A DNA stretch of 54,365 nucleotides from Priapulus caudatus (lineage: Eukaryota): NCBI RefSeq assembly GCF_000485595.1, contig NW_014577078.1:636794-691158 (forward strand). The letters run 5' to 3'. Numbering within the stretch: the stretch's first letter is position 1; each line of letters opens with the position of its first letter. Positions 46,353-54,365 of the stretch are shown here, piece after piece. The notes beneath the pieces were generated by a model, which was not told the origin of the DNA, ran no database searches, and saw nothing but the letters and a program-made list of their open reading frames with translations. Position numbers and translations under genes: made by a program.

Positions 46353-46978
46353 GTGTGTGTGTGTGTGTCTGTGTGTGTGTGTGTGCGTGTGTGTGTGTGT
46401 GTGTGTGCCGCGCGCGCGTGTGTGTGTGTGTGCGTGTGTGCGTGTGTGTGTGTGCGTGTGTGTGTGCGTGGCGTGCTGTGTGTGTGTGTGTGTGTGTGTG
46501 TGTTGTGTCGCGTGTTGTGTGCGCGTGTGTGTGTGTGCGCGTGTGTGTGTGTGTGTGCGCGCTCCGCAGCTGTTGTCGTTTGCGTGCTGGCAGTCGCATC
46601 ATTTTCTTCACGCTACTGCTCGCCTGCCCTCCCCTTCTCATTGGCCTGACGGAGGAGCGATGCTATATATGCGTGGTGACGAGCTGGCGATGAGCAAGCA
46701 TATGTTCGTGTAAGCTCGCGAAGTATAACGAAGTAGGGAGGAAGAGAACTGCGTCGAAAAAACTCACTAATTCGCTTTCGGTTGTAGACAAACTGTCGTA
46801 ATAACGAATCGGAGGGACGCAAAGTGCCCCAACTTTGACTCCACGGTCGTGTCTTATTAATAATTTTTAACGTGATAACGACAATAACTTGACATAAACT
46901 GCGTAGATATAACGTTACGTAATAACTTTATATGTGGTAGTTTGTATTATTCAATACCAGATTTTGTGTGTTGATATC

Positions 46979-47473
46979 ATGCGCGCTTCGTTCACACGAA
47001 GACCTCGTATTTCTAAAATACCGGATTTGCGAAATACCGAATCTGAGACAAATACGCGGCCGAGCGTTCACACGCTGATTCGCGGATCCAGAAATACGGT
47101 ATTTGCGAGCTGCGAGCTGCGTTAAACAATCAACGAACAATGCCGAAATAAACAATGCAATGCGCACCAACTGCCGATAAATACGTAGACTGGTCCGTGC
47201 TCGACAGTTCCACTCGCGTTACACTGGAACTGTCGAGCGCGCGACCAGTCTATAAAATACGCGGCTTCAGAAATCCGGTATTTAGCGTTCACACGAGGAA
47301 ATGCGGCGTCCAAGAAATCCGGTATTTCTCAAGCACGGCAAATTATTCGGTCTGGGAAGCCTCGTATTTACATGAAATACCGGATCTGTTTAGATAGCGT
47401 ATTTTTTGGGCCTCGTATTTTGCCTCGTGTGAACGCTAAATACCGGATTTCTTTGCTACGTGTGAACGCGGCT
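46979..47473. mobile_element. About 495-bp MITE (Harbinger-like), present in only one copy of the duplication
   Basis: Ends ..CGTTCACACG / CGTGTGAACGCGGCT; flanked by (T)ATC on both sides; empty site GATATCGT at 49986-49993. Confidence 0.8.
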
Positions 47474-47584
47474 ATCGTATTAAATTACTATAGTCTTAAA
47501 TCTGTGACGGTGCCCAATTATTCTAATTCTGCATTGCCTGATGGTATCACTATCACGTATTCAGAAGCATAATTAAAATTAAAA

Positions 47585-47725
47585 TTATGATTATTATCAT
47601 CATTATCATCATCATCATTCTTCTTACCACTATTACTACTTCTAATATTATTATTATTATTATTGTTATTGTTATTGTTAGTGTTAATGTTATTGTTATT
47701 GTTATTGTTGTTGTTACGTTGTTGC

Positions 47726-47783
<58 letters not shown>

Positions 47784-48290
47784 ATGCTCGCGGAGCAAGA
47801 AATTGCCCGTGGACACGTCCTGTCACGCTGTAGCTGTTTCTAACTTGAAGGCAATGTCAGGATTTCGTGACGCGCGATTCCATTAGGACTGCTGTGGGGG
47901 ATGGCCTCTAACTGAGCGGCGTCAGGGGTCAGGGGTGTGTCAGAGAGGGTAGAGGCGCAATTGTGTAGTACGGGCAGGGGTATCACGCACGTATAGGAAC
48001 AGGGTGATAGGGGGTAGGAGAAACGGTACGGGTTTAGTCGAGGTGGTGGATGAAGAAACGGGAACGAGGAGAACAATACATTGCAATGTGGGTTCAGGTA
48101 GAGAGAGGCCACAACATGAGTAGCATTGGAGGTGGTGGGGTAAAAACGGACGCAGAACATGAGGGGGCGGGCTTGATGCGTGAGCGTGAGCACACGTGTG
48201 TGTACAGCTGGTAATCACAGCACCCCGTCGCGGTCTGAAGAAGCTAACGAACGGACAACACTAGCAGAGGCTTGGTTCTGTACACCGATC
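47585..48290 (-). mobile_element. Possible 3' end of an I/Ingi/Nimb-group LINE with an expanded (AAC)n/(AAT)n tail; second copy at about 50095-50830
   Basis: Minus strand ...TTCGTTAGCTTCTTCAGACCGCGACGGGGTGCTGTGA resembles a frameshifted ORF2 end (F..FFR.TGVL*). It is followed by about 430 nt of pyrimidine-rich sequence and an abrupt (AAC)n run. Weak. Confidence 0.3.
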
Positions 48291-49360
48291 TATATTTCTA
48301 GATTGATCGCCAGCCCCGCACAATAATAGACGTTGTCTTCCTAGAAGCTCTGATCATTTGTACAAACAGCTAAACATGTATTAGTGAACAAACACAGTAA
48401 CGCACGTTAAGTAACAACTGGGTATATATATGCAGGCCACGGATATTCCCACCGCAAATTGTTTTGATACTGTAGAACAAGTTAGAAACGGTACTTAGTG
48501 CACGCACTGGTTGCGGCAGCACTACTTGCAGTGTCTTAATTTGCTTAACACTCGAGCTTGCATCGTCTCAACACACAGCCGTGTTGGTCGTTCGCGTGAC
48601 AAAGCGGTCTAGACGCAGTAACCTTTCTACGTTTCAAGAAATCGTCATGACTCTGGATGTAACGATTCTTCGTTTCTTCTATATCCTATTTCATGTGATC
48701 AGCTTACCCACGAACTCGCGACTCGAATCGCTGGTAAGCTGCCACGGCAACACAGAAATAATCATTGTCAAAAATTGTATCACTCAGCTTCTATATGCCC
48801 ATGATTCTAACGCCTGTTTTTCGGCTGATCGCACGCCGGCTTGGTCTCACCCAGCTTACTGGCTATACACCGATAACATGCTATTCTTCTGTCATTACTG
48901 CGAACGGTACCTCTGAGACATATTCGCCCATTTAAGCACTTGTCGCAATTGCGCCAAGCCGACTTCGCTGCTGACACTAGGAGTGTCACTCCTATATAGA
49001 GCGTTTCCAGAGCGTTATTAGCCCTCTGTGGATATTTGCGTTCCCACCACGATGCGCACTATTTAACAACCATCGGTATATGTATTGCGCCGGGAGGGAC
49101 AAGTGGATATGAGAAGGTTCTGTAGTACGATGCGTGAGCAAAACATTACTTGGGTGAACTTTGGAGATTCTTTTATATTGCCAGGATTCATTACTTGTAA
49201 AATTCTAATTTCTAATAGGATTATGATACGGATGCGGGTAGAGATCATGGGTTGGTTTAAAGTTTCGGAAATATGGAATAGAATGCCGAGTAAACAAATT
49301 AATATCGTTAAATACTTGGTCGGTCATTGTTGGGGNNNNNNNNNNNNNNNNNNNNNNNNN

Positions 49361-49393
<33 letters not shown>

Positions 49394-50265
49394 TGTGTGT
49401 GTGTGTGTCTGTGTGTGTGCGTATGTGTGTGCGCGCGTGTGTGTGCGTGTGTGTGTGTGTGTGTGCGCGCGCGCGTGTGTGTGTGTGCGCGCGTGTGTGT
49501 GTGCGTGCGTGTGTATGTGTGTGCGCGCGTGTGTGTGTGTGTGTGCGCGCGCGCGTGTGTGTGTGTGTGCGCGCGCGCGCAGCTGTTGTCGTTTGCGTGG
49601 CTGCAGTCGCATCATTTTCTTCACGCTACTGCACGCCTGCCCTCCCCTTCTCATTTCCTGACGGAGGAGCGATGCTATATATGCGTGGTGACGAGCTGGC
49701 GATGAGCAAGCATATGTTCGTGTTAGCTCGCGAAGTAGTAACGAAGTAGGGAGGAAGAGAACTGCGTCGAAAAAAACTCACTAATTCGCTTTCGGTTGTA
49801 GACAAACTGTCGTAATAACGAATCAGAGGGACGCAAAGTGCCCCAACTTTGCTCCACGGTCGTGTCTTATTAATAATTTTTAACGTGATAGCGACAATAA
49901 TTTGACATAAACTGCGTAGATATAACGTTACTTAATGACTTTATATGTGGTAGTTTGTATTATTCAATACCAGATTTTATATGTTGATATCGTATTAATT
50001 ACCATAGTCTTAAATCTGTGACAGTGCCCAATTATTCTAATTCTGCATTGCCTGATGGTATCACGTATTCAGGATGCATAATTAAAATTAAAATTATGAT
50101 TATTATCATCATTATCATCATCATCATTTTTCTTTCTACTATTACTACTTCTAATATTATTATTATTATTATTGTTATTGTTATTGTTATTGTTATTGTT
50201 AATGTTAATGTTATTGTTATTGTTATTGTTACCGTTATTGGTATTGTTATTGTTGTTGTTACTGC

Positions 50266-50316
<51 letters not shown>

Positions 50317-52563
50317 GGTTGTTATGCTCGGGAGCAAGAAATTGCCCGTGGACACGTCCTGTCCAGCTGTAGCTGTTTCTAACTTGAAGGCAATGTCAGG
50401 ATTTCGTGACGCGCGATTCCATTAGGACTGCTGTGGGGGATAGCCTCTAACTGAGCGGCGTCAGGGGGTCAGGGGTGTGTCAGAGAGGGGTAGAGGCGCA
50501 ATTGTGTAGTACGGGCAGGGGTATCACAGCAGTATGGGAACAGGGTGATAGGGGTAGGAGAAACGGTACGGGTTTAGTCGAGGTGGTGGATGAAGAAACG
50601 GGAACGAGGAGAACAATACATTGCAATGTGGGTTCAGGTAGAGAGAGGCCACAACATGAGTAGCATTGGAGGTGGTGGGGTAAAAACGGACGCAGAACAT
50701 GAGGGGGCGGGCTTGATGCGTGAGCGTGAGCACACGTGTGTGTACAGCTGGTAATCACGGCACCCCGTCGCGGTCTGAAGAAGCTAACGAACGGACAACA
50801 CTAGCAGGGGCTTGGCTTCTGTACACCGATCTATATTTCTAGATTGATCGCCAGCCCCGCGCAATAATAGAACGTTGTCTTCCTAGAAGCTCTGATCATT
50901 TGTACAAACAGCTAAACATGTATTAGTGAACAAACACAGTAACGCACGGTAAGTAACAACTGGGTATATATATGCAGGCACGGATATTCCCACCGCAAAT
51001 TGTTTTGATACTGTAGAACAAGTTAGAAACGGTACTTAGTGCACGCACTGGTTGCGGCAGCACTACTTGCAGTGTCTTAATTTGCTTAACACTCGAGCTT
51101 GCATCGTCTCAACACACAGCCGCGTTGGTCGTTCGCGTGACAAAGCGTCTCTAGACGCAGTAACCTTTCTACGTTTCAAGAAATCGTCATGACTCTGGAT
51201 GTAACGATTCTTCGTTTCTTCTATTATCCTATTCTCATGTGATCAGCTTACCCACGAACTCGGACTCGAATCGCTGGTAAGCTGCCACGGCAACACAGAA
51301 ATAATCATTGTCAAAAATTGTATCACTCAGCTTCTATATGCCCATGATTCTAACGCCTGTTTTTCGGCTGATCGCACGCCGGCTTGGTCTCACCCAGCTT
51401 ACTGGCTATACACCGATAACATGCTATTCTTCTGTCATTACTGCGAACGGTACCTCTGAGACATATTCGCCCATTTAAGCACTTGGTCGCAATTGCGCCA
51501 AGCCGACTTCGCTGCTGACACTAGGAGTGTCACTCCTATAGAGCGTTTCCAGAGCGTTATTAGCCCTCTGTGGATATTTTGCGTCCCCACCACGATGCGC
51601 ACTATTTAACAACCATCGGTATATGTATTGCGCCGGGAGGGACAAGTGGATATGGGAAGGTTCTGTAGTACGATGCGTGAGCAAAACATTACTTGGGTGA
51701 ACTTTGGAGATTCTTTTATATTGCCAAGATTCATTACTTGTAAAATTCTAATTTCTAATAGGATTATGATGCGAATGCGGGTAGAGATCATGGGCTTGGT
51801 TTAAAGGTCGGAAATATGGGAATAGAATGCCGAGTGAACAAATTAATATCGTTAAATACTTGGTCGGTCATTGTTGGGCTGCAGTAGTGAGGCTGTGTAC
51901 GCGCTTTGGCTGTCATTTCTGATCTAAGATTTAATACTTCCCGGACGATTCTCGGATTGATTATAATTCGAGACTGAGTATGAGGGCTGAAATTTCCACT
52001 TACAGCCCTTGTAGTATTACGAGTAATAAGTACCGGTGGGTGTTATATAGTGCTTCCCCCCAATCACAGGAGATATTGCTTTCTGTCTCGGGCAGGGTGA
52101 ATCTCTCGCGTAGGTTCGTAGAAACACGGTTAGTTAATGGCTTCACAAAAATAACGTTTTTACTGATTTCACGAGAACGTGATTAAAATGGTGAAATTAT
52201 ATTGCGACGATAATGGGGTTTCTCTTAATTGGGTGTGCCATTTCGATTTTTCTCTCGTATAATAATATTAACGCAAATTGTTGCTTGTGAGGCGTAGGCA
52301 GTTAACGCCATCCCGAGTCGAATCTGTTGTCAAGGGGGAAATCAAACTAGATGGCAGTATTCGCTGCCGGAGCGAACATTGTATTTAGCAATTTCAGAAG
52401 CTTCATTATGAATATTATTATTATTAAACCTTTATTGCATGTAATTCAAATACAAACACATGTACTGAAAACAGTGTTTTTCATGTAGAATAGATGCAAT
52501 AGTGTAGTTTAGTGCTTGTCTACCTCTGGCTGACATTATCAATGTGGAAAAATTACAGATTAA

Positions 52564-53009
52564 TCAGATAATCCTGGTAACTAACAATACACAGTGTGTT
52601 GTATGTTTAGGCATTTGACAATACACTGTGTATTGTTAGCGAGCTTTCAACAATACACTGTGTATTGTTGAACACCTTCTAACAATACACTGTGTATTGT
52701 AGTAGGTACCTATGAGCTTTCAACAATACACTGTTTATTGTTGAACAACTTCTAACAATACACTTTCTTTTCTTTCTTTTCTTTTTTTAATTAGTTTACT
52801 TTTTGATTTGTAAACTTGAAATTTACATTTATTTAAATGAATTTATTGAAATTATTTGATTGATTTTATTGAATTTATTGAAAATGAAATTGAATCTAAA
52901 CACACAGTTGTTAGGTACCTACTACAATACACAGTGTATTGTTAGAAGGTGTTCAACAATACACACTGTATTGTTGAAAGTGTATTGTTAGTTACCAGGA
53001 TTGTCTGGA
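52564..53009. mobile_element. TTAA-flanked (piggyBac-type) MITE with internal palindromic repeats
   Basis: TTAA|TCAGATAATCCTGGTAACTAACAATACAC ... GTGTATTGTTAGTTACCAGGATTGTCTGGA|TTAA; repeated AACAATACACTGTGTATTGTT units in both arms. Confidence 0.75.
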
Positions 53010-53099
53010 TTAATAGGTGCCATAGCCGAGGAGAAATTGTGGGATAATAAGACGGTATAAATTGAAATAAGTAATAAGTACCTTGGGGTACCTTGGGGT

Positions 53100-53924
53100 A
53101 ATAAGTAGAAATTGAATAAGAACAATATTTATGACTGCTCTTGAGAGGCAAAGTTAGGCGAACTTCTGCTCTTCGTACATCACTAGGAAGAGTGCATGTT
53201 ATGAGCATTGTAAAAAAACTTATGAAGATAGATCCCCGCTGGAAAAAGGGACAGAGCGGGTTAATCTGGTTGTGCTCGAAAGTGGCAGAAACAGTCGTTT
53301 GTCACATGTTTCATCTCAGGCTGTCACTTATGTAACTTGTTGATCACCAAATTTGCAGTGAGCGTGTTGAAACATGTGTTCTTCATGTTGATCAAAATAC
53401 GTTGCCTGAAGCTTGGCATCATTATTAGCAGAGTTATACGCGAAAATTCGGTTTGGGCCTTTTGATCTATACGTGACCTCGACCGGTAGCCCTAAAATGC
53501 ATATTGCACTACCTCTCACTAACATGAACCATCTGGCAACATTTCAAATTCATAGGGTTTATAGACATGGAATTATGGCCATTTGACTTTGGATTTTTGA
53601 CCTCAAGTGGTTGACCTCAAAATGCCTGGTACATTTCCTCTAGTGACCATCATACTTAGCTATAATAGTTAGGAGGCATGCTCGCCAAAGAAGTGGCGGA
53701 AAAGAAGAAGAAGGAGAAGAAGAAGCAGAAGAAGAAGCAGAAAGAAAATAAGAATAAGAAGAGGAGGAGGGGTAGTAGTAGTAGGAGGAGGAGGCAGAAG
53801 AAGACGAAGATGTGGAAGAAGAGGAAGAAGAAGAAGAAGTGGAAGAAGAAGAAGAAGAAGAAGAAGAAAAAAAAAATTCGTGTAAAAACAATGAATTCGG
53901 CAATCGATATTGCCAAATACAATT
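53100..53924 (-). mobile_element. Probable Helentron-associated element (HINE) with an (AAG)n microsatellite
   Basis: Terminal hairpin ATTCGGCAAT-cgat-ATTGCCAAAT (53895-53918) preceded by AAAACAAT and an (AAG)n-rich tract at 53700-53876; internal TTGACCT motifs. Left boundary approximate. Confidence 0.5.
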
Positions 53925-54319
53925 TTAGACGATGCTGAAGCGTCATGAATCAATACGGCAATTCAACAGGACACGGATGCCAACTCGTTCGTTTTTGGAT
54001 TTCTCCTGTCACAATATCGAGTTCCTCTTGACTAAATAAAACTGCCAAAAAAGCGATACGGGCTAAGAACGAAAATACTGAATTATCGACTTTGCCGAGA
54101 AGCCTAGACGTAACCGAGTCCGGATGGATAACAGAACATGCATGATTAATTAACAGTATGCAATATTCGTAATAATTACGAAATTATCTAAAAATGCATC
54201 ACGCAGACAGCATTGAATTCGTCCCTGTCCTTGCCATTGATTTCAGTTCGGGTCAGAATTTTAATAGGCAGGTATCCGTTTCATTACAGGCGAGTAGTCC
54301 GTGTATTGTTCGCTCTCCT

Positions 54320-54322
54320 CTG

Positions 54323-54365
<43 letters not shown>
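54320..54365. repeat. (CT)n microsatellite running off the window
   Basis: Directly visible. Confidence 0.9.

Larger units (their letters stand above)
46285..51878. repeat. Near-identical direct duplication either side of the 25-N gap (46285-49335 vs 49361-51878)
   Basis: Both copies run (GT)n, GCAGCTGTTGTCGTTTGCGTG..., (ATT)n/(GTT)n, ...CGGTCATTGTTGGG. They differ by scattered SNPs/indels and one MITE. Confidence 0.93.

Noticed and set aside
46228..50425. Long Cys/Val-, His/Thr- or Ile/Leu-rich ORFs (similar ones at 2075-2484, 23972-24431, 33043-33460, 53640-53953)
   Set aside because: They are translations of microsatellites and minisatellites.
52575..52990. CRISPR-like array of palindromic repeats with short spacers
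   Set aside because: Eukaryotic context, spacers are repeated rather than unique, no cas genes, and the array is enclosed by TIRs and TTAA.

Overview
Repeat-rich animal genomic DNA, probably a marine invertebrate (inference: GT-AG introns, TTAGGG-type repeats, many microsatellites). It has two assembly gaps (22851-22888, 49336-49360). Almost all ORFs in the supplied track are microsatellite or chance ORFs. Reading splice sites by hand gives one intron-rich gene on the minus strand: 10 phase-consistent coding exons from 34858 down to 2544, encoding about 356 aa. The protein has only two tandem PDZ domains, which resemble MPDZ PDZ10-11 / PATJ PDZ8-9, and a tail with two RxRxxT motifs. Introns and flanks carry many transposons: a degenerate Academ (AcademX) element with about 290-bp TIRs and a nested Helentron-type HINE, KolobokP-like LTDR pieces next to a SAP-domain exon, a Kolobok THAP+SWIM remnant, hAT, Harbinger and TTAA-TSD MITEs, a 5'-truncated RTE LINE and a Penelope-type hammerhead remnant. 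An inverted duplication around gap 1 and a tandem duplication around gap 2 look like long-read gap-filling or haplotype artefacts. The second exposes a MITE presence/absence polymorphism. I found no convincing new multi-gene system. All family assignments come from recalled motifs and need database confirmation.
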